Below, piece after piece: positions 1 through 14,047 of a stretch of DNA of 64,000 nt (the stretch's first letter is position 1; each line of letters starts with the position of its first letter). Under the pieces are notes generated by a model. It had not been told where the DNA came from and searched no databases. It saw only the letters and a list, made by a program, of their open reading frames with translations. Made by a program: the position numbers and the translations under genes. The stretch lies in assembly GCA_025603075.1 (NCBI GenBank), contig MU626285.1:94980-158979 (forward strand), given 5' to 3'. Origin of the DNA: Neoconidiobolus thromboides FSU 785. Its lineage: Eukaryota > Fungi > Entomophthoromycota.

Positions 1-2387
1 AGGTTGTAATATTTAATTTGTTTTTTTGTTAGGTTAATTAATAGAAAAAGGTAAAAGAAGAAGTGTTCAAATTTTATAGTAAAATAGATGACCAATTAAG
101 TCAATATTAAACGAAAACGTTAAATAATAAAACATCTTGAAATCTTATATATTAAATTTAATATAAAATTATTAAGGTTATATGAATATCAAAAATTATA
201 AGCTTGACTATCTTGTCCTTTAATCCCCGGTTATATTCATTTTACTTTGCTAATCAATATCTCAATTTTAATATTAGTTTATTTTTATGCACTTTTAAAA
301 TTTTATTAAATTTAATATTTGCATAATATGTTAGATTAGTTTCTCTTTTTTAAATGATAAGGCTTTTAAACTAGTTGAAAAAGGTAAAACACAAGTTAAA
401 TATTTCTATATATTGGAAAAATAGATATTAAATAAAATAAATTTTAATATAAAAAAGATAGTAACTTTAAAGTTTGGTAATTATATTATTAAATGTTTAA
501 TATAATATTGATATATAGTTGTAAAGTATATGTTAAATAAAGTAAATTAAAGTTTAAAAGAGAGCAATTATTTAAATATAAATTGGACTGATTACTTAAT
601 ACTAGCTTAAGAAGATTCAATGTATTAAAAATACCATAAAGCAGATCGTCTGAATGGGGCAGCTTTTTATAAACGGAATATGAACGAATTAAAGAAGTAT
701 TTATTTCTTTTACAGGTAATGAAAGGTTATTTATTTTATACATTTGATATCATTACCCTATTTAATAGATAAAAGAGTTATAAGCTGTTACTTAAAAATA
801 ACTCTATAATTTTTATTAAAATTATTATTTTTCAATGTGACTTTAATGTATAATTTTTTATTTAGATGTTATTAATTAATAGTGACACTATAAAAACATT
901 GCATTTTTTAATATTTTAAAAAATATTAAAGAAGATGTTTCGGAAATATAAAAAAATTATGAAATAGTCAAGCTAAAAAAAAGCTGATGAAAACAGAGAT
1001 GAAAACATTCAAGATAAAAACTAAAAGTTTAAACTGACATTAAATTTTTAAGAATAAAACTAGAATAAAAGTTATGACAGAAGAATTCAAAAAACTGATA
1101 AATTAACTATTAATTATTCTTATATATTACTATTAATGTTTAAATCTACTATAGTTAAAGTTGATAATAAAGGGTTTATTGTTATAATTACCAAACACCT
1201 TGCATATTTACCTTTATTTTTGGATTACTATTACTGAATTCATCCACTTTTTATTAACACATCTTAAAATATAGTACACCTTACTTTATTATTATAGAAT
1301 CATTAGAGTTTTTTTAATTTAATCAGTATTCTAAATAAATATTTAAAAAAACGTTGAAAATTTATCACTTAATCTAATAAAATAAAAAAGATAAATTATA
1401 TATTAGTATAACATTAAATAACAATAATTCTATATAGCAAATTACCAACTACGCCAAGAAGAACACCATTTTTGAATGCTAAATACAGTTATGATCAAAA
1501 CACACAATCCAATCTTGTGGTATAAAGTGCTGTAAATAATATCAAATAAATCACTGTGAAAAGTAACAAAATTAATCCTTTTAGATAGATTGGTTAGAAA
1601 TTAGAAATTTAATAATTAGATTAAAAGTCATCTGCCAATTTTAGTAATCCGCGGCCAAATTTTAAACCTTTTGTTCTTTAACAAATTCACAATAAAGCAT
1701 ATCTAATACATGGGTATGTTATAAGATGTAAGGATAATACAAAAAGAGCTGGTAACCTTATTTGATACAACTTTTGTTATAAAAATGGTACGTCAATTTA
1801 TTGAACTGTGAGACTTGTAATATTCAACAAAATGACTCCATTCTATAACTATATAATAGAAGATGACAAAAAGGGGGATATTATTTTTCTTACTGCGTGA
1901 AGTTTATATAACACAGGAATAAGAATTTAAAGTTCCATAAATTAAATAATGCGAGACCTTAGATAAAAAGTTAGCTTTTATTGATAAATCCTTTATTTAT
2001 TTTATTGTGTTTAAGATGATAAACAAGTTCTTTATGCATTCTTAATCTAAGCCTTAATATGTTGATTAACAGGGCTTTAACATGGAACTTCAGTTACTAT
2101 TTCAAGTCAATATGTAAAACCATGCTCTTGAATTTGTTTGCGAATTATTTGTTAATTTGAAATCCTTGCGTAAAATGAAATCATGTCATTCGTCCATTGC
2201 TAATTTTAGCAATAGTTATATTTACATTGAAATTAAGCCCTAAAAAGTAAGGTAACTGCAAAAGGATATTTGAGAATCCAAATCCGATAGTTGCAAAAAG
2301 TCCAAAAGGTATAAATAGAGAGGAAAAGTTGAGTTTAAGCTTTAAAAAATTTTCAATAAAGTTCAAATTTAAAGTCCAATTATTATT

Positions 2388-2666
2388 ATGAGTTGTTTAT
2401 TTGATTCCGATTCCATCTTTTCCATCCAAGAACAAGATAATATTACCTTAGGATGTGAGCAAAGATATCTATCACCAAAATCTTCTATCAGCGATTTAGA
2501 AGCTGCTTATCTTGATGAAGAAGACGATTATTTAGTTCATATTGACCAATCCAGTTTAAAAGGCTCCGCTTTTCAAGTTTGGGAAAAATGTATGGACTCA
2601 TTTATTGATTCTTTAGATAAACCTACCTTTAAAAATATCAACCACCATGCTATAGCAAGGATATAA
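2388..2666 (+). CDS. Small acidic hypothetical protein (92 aa), single exon
   Basis: ATG-to-stop ORF with higher GC than its flanks and protein-like composition; no recognisable domain. Confidence 0.35.
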   Translation: MSCLFDSDSIFSIQEQDNITLGCEQRYLSPKSSISDLEAAYLDEEDDYLVHIDQSSLKGSAFQVWEKCMDSFIDSLDKPTFKNINHHAIARI

Positions 2667-3586
2667 GCTAGTGTATCGTTTATAACCAAGAAAACTCCAA
2701 TTATCATTATTCATCCTTTCCCCTTTGTAGCATCATAACTCTAACTAACAAATAGCTCCCTATATACACCGCTTCTTTCTTCATAGTCATCTGTGGTTGA
2801 AAATGAATATACACTGTACTGTATTTAAAAATAAATAATTTATTGTCTAGACTTTTAATTGATATTTTTATAGTTTAATTTTTATTTCTATCGTTATCCT
2901 GTAATAGGATTAGCGGGGAATCTGGGTTTACGCCAATAATAATTGTTTTATGTTCTTGTAGACTCTAATTTTAACTTTCACTCAGTCAATGAGATAGCCA
3001 ATTGAATGGATTTATGATAAGTAAATTGATAGTAGTGATTTCAATGATAATTTATTTACTATGAAATTATAGTTAAACTAATAGATGAGCTTAAAATTAT
3101 AACAATATTTCAAAAGACTACATAAATATAAGAGTATTAAAATAGGCGGCAATAATAAAATAATGAATAGCGAAAATTGGGGATAATTATTATCAACTTA
3201 CTGCATTTGGTATGTTAAGATTTTTAGTTACCATTGTTACTAAAAACTTAGGGATTAAGTGGAGCTTATTTACATAGTTAATTATTGAAATTTAACCCCA
3301 TCTTTTATTATTAGATTATCCTTAGTTCTAGATTGAGTATTATTATTAAGAACTGTGAAATATAGATGAAATAATAGTAGATGAGTTATTTTTTTTACTA
3401 ACTATATTTGTAATTTAGTATTTTATTCTCCCCTTAAAATTTGCTGCCCAATCTTTTTGTCAATGGATTGAGACTCCGGTTATGACCTTAATTGTTTATA
3501 TGGAAAAATATCAAGTTTTTTAAATAATGATTTAACGATTAGTTTTGCCAATGAAATAATTCTGAAAAAACATTTGTTTACTATAT

Positions 3587-3684
3587 GGCGACGTTTTTTG
3601 CGTTTAAGAATTTTATTAACGATTTTTTCGCTCAAATAGTGCTTAAAAGATGGAAAAAATAATGAAGCCAAAAAAAACACCCCC
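3587..3684 (+). mobile_element. ~98-bp MITE copy (Sola-like non-autonomous element)
   Basis: GGCG...CCCC ends, ATAT duplicated on both sides, family core TCAAATAGTGCTTAAAAGATGGAAAA. Confidence 0.85.
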
Positions 3685-4069
3685 ATATGATTTTTATAAT
3701 AAAATTATAGTTAAGGATCTGAATCATTGTGACTACCACCTAAACAATCCTTTATAAACTTAATATAATTTTCTAAGATCTAAAAATCTGTTAATATTTA
3801 TTACAATACTTAAAACAGCAAACTTACTAAATCTTTTTTTTAATGTCATTATGTACTACAAAATAAAACTTACAAATCAAGTTTTAAGATAATATGAAAT
3901 ACTTATGCCTATGTCTACAATCCTCAATATAATCTACCTTTAAATTATTAATTCTATCACACTATTCCAATTTTGCTGCGAATGATTTGAACTCAGATAG
4001 AGTAACAATTGGATCTTCTAAGCCTTGTAATAAATAAACATTCTTATAATGGTTTTGTAATCTTTATAT

Positions 4070-4167
4070 GAAGATGCCTTTTTTGACTTGATCACTTTTT
4101 CTATCTTTTAACCGCTACTTAAGTGGGGAGATTGTTAGTAAAATTCTTAAACAAAAAAGACATCCCT
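4070..4167 (-). mobile_element. MITE copy
   Basis: Reverse-oriented family sequence, ATAT on both sides, degenerate ends (GAAG/CCCT). Confidence 0.8.
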
Positions 4168-5806
4168 ATATAATAAATTTCCCCCAGTAGAGATAAGGAA
4201 AAGCTAAAAATGAAATAATTAACTAAATGAGTACAAAGAGGATATGAATTGGCTCACTCATTCATAGCTCTGCTTCTCCGTTTACTTATAAATCCTTGGT
4301 ATATCTTCCTACTTCTTCGCCTTTAAAGATAAAATAAAAGTCTAAAAAAGGATTAATAATGTAACAAATTAGTGTAATTTAGCAAAAAAGTCCTACCAAC
4401 CCTCTATTTGATTATAAATCTTGGAAGCAAGTAAACCAATAAGGCAATAAGAGCTTAAATATAGGTCCTGATGACCAGGGTTCACTTAACTTAATCCTTG
4501 GTGCTAATAGCCATGTTAATACCTTTCAAATAAAATTTCTTAGAATTTTGTTACAAGCCACAATAACTTCTTCAATTAAGTTAACTTTTGATTTTGCCAA
4601 ATTGAAACGATGGCGTCAACCTTTTAAATACTAAGTAAAAATTATATAAGCGGATTTCCAAAAGTTTACCCAGCTATGGCCAAAAAGAAACAAAAGTAAT
4701 TGATACGATCTTTCTTGATTTACAAGATCTTGTCAAATAGTTAAACATTTATATAATCTATTTTCTCTTGCATAGGTATTTTGACTAGCCTTTGATGTGT
4801 TACCATGGGCTAATCGATCATATTCTAGAATTTTAATACCCTGATTAGTCCAGTTTGGTAGAAAAATTATGATATCGATTGATGTTCTCACATTATCCAT
4901 GGGCTGTTATCAATATTGCTTCAACTAGCTTGTTTTTTTGGTTAATTTGAGGTTTGATTAGTATAGAATTTTGATTTTAGGGTAAAATAGGATTTATCGG
5001 CCATTCTTTAAGGTAGATTTTATCGCCATCACCAGATATATAATATCTTTCATTTGTATCACAGCTATTAAATGTCATATTTTTATACTCAGATGTACTC
5101 TAAGAATAATTGATCAGCTATTGTTTTATTTCTATCATATATTTTTTTATAGTTGCAGTTTATTTAACCATCTTTTAAATAATGATTTCTAAACCTTTTT
5201 ATCATTAGCTACATTTATAGGCTATCCTTAAGTTTTTAAATAACTAAATACAGGTAACTAAATTCATATCATTATCACTTCAAAATTTTACAGCACTAGC
5301 TATCACTATCTGAAAATGATCCAAATCTCTTTTTGCTTATATCTTAATTTTTTTCTTCTATTTTAAATAGTCGATTCTATATAAAATTAAATAAAATCAA
5401 CTTTCTAAATTGAATTAATTCCTACATAATATATTTGGCTTTATTTTCGAGTTAATAAAACAATAATAGAAAAGTTTATTTTATATTGTAAGTTAACAAT
5501 GTTCTTATTTTTATAAAAGCATTATCTTATTCTATTTTTTAATGATCTGAGTAAATTGTTATTAATCATTTCTATTTTTGAAATTAAAATCAACAGCTAT
5601 TTTTAAGTTTTCTTTAAAAATATAATTTAAAAATACATTTCGAAATAGATAAGTTCCTAATAAGAATAGTAAAATACTATATTTCTATATACGTTAATAT
5701 AGTTTGAACAAAAACCCAAATACTTGGAGTTATTTTTAGCTAAAAATATATATCTAGCTCAAATGTTTTTAAATTTAAATTATTTATTTACTGAAAAAAA
5801 TTATAT

Positions 5807-5898
5807 AAAGATATATATTTTTGTTTAATTTCACTAATAGCCTTTCCACTTAAATAGTACTTTAAAACGGAAAAAGTGATGAAACCAAAAGCACCCTC
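5807..5898 (+). mobile_element. Degenerate MITE copy
   Basis: Core TTTCCACTTAAATAGTACTTTAAAACGGAAAAAGTGATGAAACC; ends eroded. Confidence 0.6.
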
Positions 5899-6010
5899 GT
5901 ACGTTATGAAAAACAGTCATTAGAGTTTTTCGAAACAAACTTTTAACATTCTGAGATAAAGAGGACTTATATCTCATTTGTATAATTTTTTTACTAAAAA
6001 AAGTCTAGCT

Positions 6011-6092
6011 CGACAGCTACAGGATTTGAACCTGTGCGGGCAGAGCCCATCACATTTCGAGTGTGACTCCTTAACCACTCGGACAAACTGCC
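6011..6092 (-). tRNA. tRNA-Ser (anticodon CGA), intronless, long variable arm
   Basis: Minus strand GGCAGTTTGTCCGAGTGGTTAAGGAG TCACA CTCGAAA TGTGA TGGGCTCTGCCCG CACAGGTTCAAATCCTGTAGCTGTCG: acceptor, D, anticodon, variable and T arms all pair. Confidence 0.95.
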
Positions 6093-6762
6093 AATAACAA
6101 TCTAATTGGAATAATTTATTATATAAAACTTGGATTTTTATTATTAAATAAATTAAACTAATGCTTAATGATTGTAATGTTTGCTTTATATTAGGTTGAT
6201 CATAAGATAATCTTATAGTTTCAGGGAAATAAAAAACTTGTAAAAGTAAATAATTATAATACCATAAAAAATTTACATGGCAAAATTTATTTTTAGAGTT
6301 AAAAAATATTACAATTCCAGCTAACAGATTACTTTTTTTACACGATTGAATTCTAAGACTATGTTACAACTGATCTAATAGTCCATACTTCCTGATGAAT
6401 TTACTCGAGTAATTATAAACAAATATTTACCTAAATAAACAATTAATAATAACCATTGGTGTAAAGGGATGTAAACTTTATCAATTTCCATTAAATCGGT
6501 TTTTTAAAATGGTCATATTTATATATACAAATAACTAAATTAAAAACTAAACGAATTAAATGATTTAATCAATAAAATATTGCTAAGTGTTTAAAAGTAA
6601 CAATGAACATATCTAAATATTGCTATAAAATGCCTACTAAATTAACATACTAATCCAACAAAAACTCAGTTAAATCACTAACTACAAAAATTTATTAATA
6701 ATAAAATAAATAAATAATGATATAGTATTTAATTCAGATAAGTAAACATTAGTAGGCATTGT

Positions 6763-8346
6763 TTAGTCATTTTTTCTAGAAATATCATCTAATCTAGTTT
6801 GAATTTCATCCAAATCACTATTAAGCTTAACCAATATAGCTTCAAAACGAGCCTAAATGATATTAATTAATGTTATATAGAACTAAACTATTATTTATAG
6901 AGTTACCCTAATAATAGGATTGGTAGCTGTTTTATATTCCGCCGTCCTCTTAGCAATCATTGCTATTGTATCTTTCTTAGCTTCTTTTAATGTTGACTTT
7001 TCTTTAGCAGTTTCTTCATCGTCTAAAATAAAATTAACAATCTTAGTATAGATATATAGACTAATAATATTACCATCAGATTCGGATTCAGTTTCGTCAC
7101 TATCACCAGACTCAGTTTCATCATCATCATCACCTGAACCGCTTTCATCATTATTATCTGATTCTCTTTCATCTTCATCTTCATCATCTTCATCGTCATC
7201 AGAAACTTTTGCTTTGTCTTTATTAAATCCATTTTCAATTTTTATCACACTACTACTTTCGTCTACTTTTTCAAGATCTAAGTAACCTCCTTCATTATCA
7301 TAATCAATCTCTGTGTTGGTTTCTTCTTCTGCTCCAGGCGTCAATGCTTCTGTTCCAGCTCTTGAAATGTTGTCTTCAACATTTAATTCTTTTCCTGAAT
7401 TATCAGAATCATTTCCATCCGATGCATCAGCTAATTCTATTTATTTTTAGTAAAATCATATCAACTATTATTATTTTTCATTACCGTAGATGACATCATC
7501 GGCCTTTACATCTTCAGTTAATAACCTCTCAAGCTCATTTTCAACAATTTCAATTGTCTAAATACTAATAAGCGCTATTATATAACTATAAACCTTTTAC
7601 CTGTCTTGAAACTCTTTTCCTAAATCTTCTTTTTCTAACATTTTTAAGCGGTGGGGTTATTCCATCACTCCAAATATAAGGATCTTTTTTATTTGGTCTT
7701 GAAGGTTTGAGTGTTGGATCGTCAACTACAATCATCTTCATACAAATTAAGCTTCATATTCAAATAAAATATAAAATGTTATTACCTGAGAGATATCTGC
7801 AATTTTAACCATTTGTTTATTATTGAATATTTTTTGAGACTCAATAAGCGTTGGTAAATCAACCAATTTAACGGGGTATCCTTTATTTTTTATTTTAATC
7901 GCCCCTTCTCTTGGTTCTAGTTTAATAATTTAATAGCCATTAATAAAAAATTACGATTTCAAATTACGTGAAAAGGTGAGCCCAATAGATTGTGCACCCT
8001 CTTTTGTTTTTATAAGCTCCCTAATTCTATCAGCTAAAAAAATAGGCACTCTTAAGATGGTATGCTCTTCCAAAAAGTCTTCTTCTTCGCCCAAACCCCC
8101 CGCATCATCTCCTGAATCTTCTTCCTCTTCTTCTGCACTTTTCTTCCTCTTTCTACCGTTACTTTTTGTTTTATTATTATTTCCCATCCTTAACGCTTCC
8201 ACTGTAAGCCTTATTTTAATATCCCCATTGGACTTACTGTTTGATTTACTATTGTTTCCTGATCTTACTACATCCTTTCTACGATCTTGTCCATTGCTCT
8301 TACTTCTCTTCTTTGGCTTGTTGAAAAAGCTTCCTGACCTATACAT
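6763..8346 (-). CDS. TAF7: TFIID subunit 7 (multi-exon; contains an apparent 1-nt frameshift at ~7630)
   Basis: EEHTILRVP, YPVKLVDLPTLIESQK, KIADISQ, YIWSDGITPPLKNVRK(RRFRK), acidic tract, C-terminal coiled coil. Confidence 0.9.
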
Positions 8347-8963
8347 TATTTAAAAATAGCAGCTAAAAATTAATAGGATAAAAATAAATTTCAAGTAATC
8401 TTTAAAAATTATAGAACTCAAACCATGAAATTTGATTGGGTCTACATTTACTAAAAGTGTATCAGCTAATTTATTATAAAGTTAAGCTGGAATTTATAAT
8501 ATAATTGATAATAGTATGATAAAATAGAAATGGGATATATATTATCTATTTTGGGTACTTCAAAAAAAATAAGAAAAAGGTAGTTTAGCTAACAATCACT
8601 TGGAACTTTATTAAAAATTAAAAAAGGGGATAAAAAATTGTTCAAAACAACATTTTGAAAATAGCCTATCCTAAGTAAAGATGCTAATTTACCATTACAA
8701 TAATGATTATTTATAAGCACATGAGAATAAAAAAATTATACAATAAAATATTGAATATATATTAATACATTAAGAATGGGAAAGTATAAGCTTTTAGATA
8801 AAATGTTTAATCTTATATTAAATATAGTTATACCTGAGTTTTAGAAAATATCTCTGATTATTCTACCGCATGTTTTTTATTCAACATTACTTGTTTCATG
8901 GTTTATTAAGTGAATAAAATAGTAAACAAATGACAGACTTATTTAATAGAAATTTATTCTTTA

Positions 8964-9825
8964 TCATAAGGCAATATATGACAACTAAAAAAGCGATTAT
9001 TAAAATAGTAATAAATAAATAGTAACAATTACCCTAGTAAACTTGAGTTTACTTCATCTCCCCAGTTTTTAGTAGGTGTCAAAGTTAACACCATAGGTCT
9101 ACGGATAGCTTTATAACTACCTCTCAAAATATGTATTTGGATTTTTTTCTATTTTATCTCCCATTAATACGTATTAAAGACAACAGTTAATTCAATTACC
9201 TCTTCATTTTCTTTTAAAACACCTGGTAGCTGCTGAAGCGGTTTATCGTCGGTTTTAACAACAGTGTGGAATTTAGTTATTAAATCCCCACTTCTTAGTC
9301 CCTAAGGCAGTTGAACATTTTCTTAAAATAAGAATTAGATTGAAACTTACTGCTTTATATCCTGGGCTATTGACACTCACTTTATTGACCTCAGCAAATG
9401 GGCTTAATTCTCTAAACTATAAACTTATTTTTTTCTTGAATTCTAAAATTTATTCACTTATTAACCGATTCTTCCTTTATGTCGCTACTTTCCTTATGAT
9501 AATCCACTAATGCTTTTTCAATCTCATCCATGATCTCTTTTAAATCATTTCTACCACCTAATACTTTCAATAAATGCTAATATTTAAATAATTTACTTAC
9601 GAATGATTTTAACTCGAGTATTTCTTACTGTTGGAATATCAATATCTGCTCTTGGAAATCCTTCTATATCTACTAAGGAACCTTCTAATCCAACTTTGTT
9701 CTATTACAGTTATAGTATTAAATAGTAACTTAATTTTTGTTTACTTCTCTTAATATGGCTTCATATCCTTTTAACTCATTTTCTAAGCTCTCCTTTTTCT
9801 TGATTAATAAATTCAACTTTTCCAT
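8964..9825 (-). CDS. NAS2: 26S proteasome assembly chaperone (p27/PSMD9), Nas2_N plus PDZ, multi-exon
   Basis: LVDIEGFPRADIDIPTVRNTRVKII; PFAEVNKVSVNSPGYKAGL; LTLTPTKNWG...LLGCHI. Confidence 0.9.
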
Positions 9826-10019
9826 GACGTTTAAAATTGTAAATAAAAAATGAGTTTTTGTAAATCAAGTTTAAAATTTATAAACAACTTTTAGTTCTAA
9901 AGGATAGCTTCATATAATATGTGTAATTTTTCTTATTTTTATTAAACTTTAAAAAACCGAACTTAAATTAACTAATAAAAAATAATGATAATTTAAAATA
10001 ATTATTAATATTAATAAAC

Positions 10020-13000
10020 TTAAGATTCTAATAGTTGCTCCATAAGGGATTTTAAAGCTTGGCTATAGGCAGAGATATCGGAGGTATTAGAGACAATATT
10101 TAACCTTAATTTAGAAAAAGATTTAGGTCTAGTGTGGCATTCCAATGACAAGCTTAAAAACATAGTATTTAAAAATTTCAATACAATGGTAGCATCATCA
10201 GAATCTTTGACTTTAAGCCTAAGCGCATGATTATAAAACGAAAGTGAAAATGTTTTTAATCTTTCATGAAGGGTAGGGGCTTCTAATCCGAGCACATTAA
10301 AATTAAACTTGACCCCGGAAATTAATAAAAATTGATAGACCTTCCAAAAATCTTCAGTTAAAAATAAGTTCGATTGATCTGTACTGGAACAAAGTTTGGA
10401 GCAATAATCGTCTAATTTCGTATTAAATTTACTGACTACATTCTGCTGTGATAATTGGACAACTAACTTATTCAAATCACTATTATTAAATGCTTTATCT
10501 AACAGCGTGCTATAAATTAAAAATTCTTCGTATCTCTTAAGTTGTATCATCGCATTCAAAAATAATTTAATAGCTCCTGAGCTGATTGTGACACTTTGGG
10601 GACTAATATTTTGAATATCTGTTACTCCAATTCTTTTAATAAAGGCAGCAATAATTAAAGATCCTGCTTTTTCTGTATCCGAACCTGAAGATACAGCGAT
10701 ATTTTGTATTTCACTAATAAAGTATAAATAAAAATTAAAAAAATATGAAATATCCTTACATTTCCAATTGTAGCATTGGTAAAATATCTTTAAAGTGATT
10801 GAGCAGTAGCTCAGATATCCTACTTTGCGCAAAAACTGGAGATCCCGAGTTTGATCTTTTTAATGTGGATTTATTACGTTGTAACGTAGATCCTGACCTA
10901 TCTAGAGACTTTATGGGGATGTCTTCAGGTGACAACACATTTCTTCTCGAAGCTGATCTCATAGGTCTAGCTGGAGGACTTTGCTTAATAGAACCTTGAC
11001 GAGTAAGACCTGAAGGATTTGTAGCTTCCATATCATAAACAGTTGGATAAAACAATGAGTAAATTAATGGTGTTAATAAAGAATAATCATGCTGTGACTG
11101 ATTTAAATTTAGTAGCTTCTTCAACATATTAAATGTTAACTCCAAGGCTTGGGAACAATATTTAGACAATATGTTTTTAATGATTTCCTGTAAATCAAAG
11201 TTATTATAAAAACAAATAAGCTGAAATATTTTTACCGTAACCAAATCAACAATTGGAGCGGAGTAACTGTATGCTAGTAAATTGACAATTTCCCTAAAAC
11301 AGTCAATAAAGCAAAATGTTTCAAATAAAAGAACTTACTCTTCCAAGCCCAAAAGTTCCTTTAAGGCCTTGTTTTCAATAAGGTATCTTAATCTTCTAGG
11401 GAAAGTATTACTTGAAGCGTTAGCGAAATTTGAATTTATAGTGGAAACTGAAAGTGGCTGAATCCTCGAAAAATTAAAGGGTACAGAATAAGCAAATTTC
11501 TCAACATCTGATTTAAACTTTAATTGTGGATCTACTACTACTTCTTCCTTCTTTTCTTCCAATTTAAAATCTTTCAAACTTTGAATTTCTTTATCATTAG
11601 GATACCCTTGAATGGATTCGCATAATAAATCTAAAGCTGTTTGACTTACCCCTGAGCTATTCTGTATCAATTCCATCAATCTTTCACTAGCTTCTTTTAA
11701 ATTTCTTGTATATATTAAATCTTCACAACGATATAAATCTTTTTGTTGTTTAGGTATACGATGTGGAATAGCATTAATTAAAACATCGTTTAAATAATCA
11801 TAATAGCCCAACTCTCCAATATCAGATACTACATAAAATCTATTTACTTTGGAATTGGATCTAGTTATTGCTGTTATTGGACTAGTATAACCTTGTTTGT
11901 CAGCAACAACCAAGCCCATATTATTCTCTTGATTTAAAGAATACAAATAAGTTCTATAATCATAAGATGCTGCCATAATTTGATCTGAATGAGAATTAGA
12001 CCAATCGACCTTAAAATAACATTAATTAAATATAAAGTTATAGCATTTATAGCTTACTGAACTAAGAGAATTAATGGCTCTACCCATTTTCATAACAGGC
12101 GAATTCGAGTATCTTATATCCCATACAGAAAGAATACCATCATTACCTGGTCATAATATTTAGAATAAAATAATATATTATACAGATTAGTTAATACCTG
12201 CAGATGCTAACCAATAAGGTACAAATGGGGACCATTTTAAAGAGTTAATAGAATTCCAATGACGAAAAGATGCGGAGTTGAAAGCAAATCTATTTGACCT
12301 TACATCGATTATTTTCATGCTCCCTTTATTATCACCAACAGCAATCATACCTGGCATCGATTGATAATTCGGACACCAGTTGCTTGCTTGGGCCTCATTT
12401 TCTCCTAAAGGTTGAACGAAAATAGGAGTTTTTGAGTTCATAACATCCCAATAAAATAGATGGCCACCATATAATGAATGAAACTTATCAGTACTTGGTA
12501 ATACTGGATAATTATAGGGGGTTGGACTGAACTCTAAGTTTAAAATTCTAGAATTTTTAACTTTGGTTTCTAGCTTATGATGGTATTGCGTTTTAATCAA
12601 CAGTCGAGTTTCTTTATTATCTGGGTCTTCTGGATCGTTTAGGAAATCTAAAGGTGGTTTTAATAGACTTATACAACCATCCCAATGTCCTGATAATATA
12701 TATGAACCACTCCATGATAATGAGTAAATTGGTGTTGGAGTAGTAAAAGTTGAGCGCCACTGTTTCAAAATTTAGAAATATATTAAATATAAAATGAAAA
12801 TATCATTACGCTTATTTCTTCCCCTTCATCAATAGATAAAAATAAGTTATTTCTTTTTGAACCTGCTCCAACTGCAATGAAGTGACTATTCTAATCAAAT
12901 ATGAGTTTTTCCATTTGGTTTATATATTTTATTTATTACATCACTTTTAGCCATACATGTTATAAATTTATCTTTTTCTTGTACTAAATGGACCTTTTTA

Positions 13001-13175
13001 GTTTTGAGCTTGCTTTAAATTTTAAGGTTTAAATTTAAAAATATTATATAGTTAACTGTTACTTAAAATTTTTAAACGATGGCTCCTGTCTCCACTGACC
13101 CAAACTATGTATAAATCCGTGGCCTAGTTCATTCCCTCCTCCTTTTCGATTGATGTTCTCTTTTAATAACTCCAT
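10020..13175 (-). CDS. Large WD40-repeat protein of unknown function, multi-exon (start approximate)
   Basis: WD repeats (IYSLSWSGSYILSGHWDG; INSLKWSPFVPYWLASAGNDGILSVWDIR; VDWSNSHSDQIMAASYD); ORFs 12187-12768, 11335-11976, 10756-11244 and 10020-10832 join in frame through GT-AG introns. Confidence 0.7.
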
Positions 13176-14047
13176 TCTATCTGTTAGTAAAATTGATCCT
13201 TTTTGTTTTTTGATGGCTTATTTTAGTCACTGTTACTTGAGTTTGATTGGCTCCAAGGTATTAAATTAATTTTCTTCAATTTATTAGGTAATCAGTAAAC
13301 ATTAAAAGACACTTGTAATATGAAAGTTGAGTAGTTAAGAAATTTATTAAAGTTGAGAAATGTATAATCTATAGATGATAAAGTATTATATTAAAAAAAT
13401 TATCTTTTTCAGTGAAAAATACCAAGTTAATTTGCTCATTTGAAATTTTAAAAATATTTTGAAATTAATTTTAAAAACAAAAATATGATTATACAATTAC
13501 TAGAAGCTTAAAAAACTCATAGGGGTTATTCATCTAACATATAACCAAAGTAATACGTTGAATATGTAAATTTCCTTTAAAAAACATTACAAAGCAATAG
13601 TAATATTTAGTATATAATAATGTGTAAAAAAATGAAATACCACAAGTTAAAGAATAGATTCATAACTGAAAGAAAAAGAGCAGTTAAATGTTCCAATTAG
13701 GGGATTCAATTCCTTTTACAAGAAGGTACTTATTGAGCCTCCCTAAACAATCAAGTTGAAATTTTTGGAAGCGTTTATACGTTTAACTATAACTACTTTT
13801 ATAACTCAAACTAAGATACTAAACTAGAATTTGATAAAAAAGTAAATAGAAATGGCAACTTTATTTCAAGCATTAAGAGTAAGAAAATGGATATTGAAAA
13901 TAAAAACTTGTATCAAAATCTTATTTGGATAGGGGTATATATTACACGTTACTGATAACCAATAAATTTAAACTAAGAGGATAGTCCTGAAAAATGGCTT
14001 TATATAAATTAGATTAAATAATACACGGCTTGCATAAATAAATTAAT

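Noticed and set aside
2260-2269. ATATCCTTTT on the minus strand (U12-like donor)
   Set aside because: No proper TTCCTTAAC branch site or AC end at a plausible distance, and no identifiable host gene.
3480-3686. ORFs starting or ending within the 98-bp repeat (3480-3686, 29624-29815, 31964-32176, 62600-62878; shared MxVFFLASLFFPSFKxYLSxKI)
   Set aside because: The shared peptide is just the translated MITE minus strand; no evidence for a real small-protein family.
1250-5100. Hydrophobic coding-like fragments on the minus strand (about 1250-2366 and 4430-5100; also 15980-16480 and 56400-56520)
   Set aside because: They resemble decayed multi-TM genes, but I could not build a consistent spliced model or assign a family.
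7023-8353. ORFs 7023-7238 and 7976-8353, and similar ones at 10799, 20309, 21688, 23649, 24079, 24434, 24995, 28544, 36976, 42368, 50156 and 53112
   Set aside because: Alternative-frame or antisense shadows of the real genes, often over low-complexity acidic tracts.
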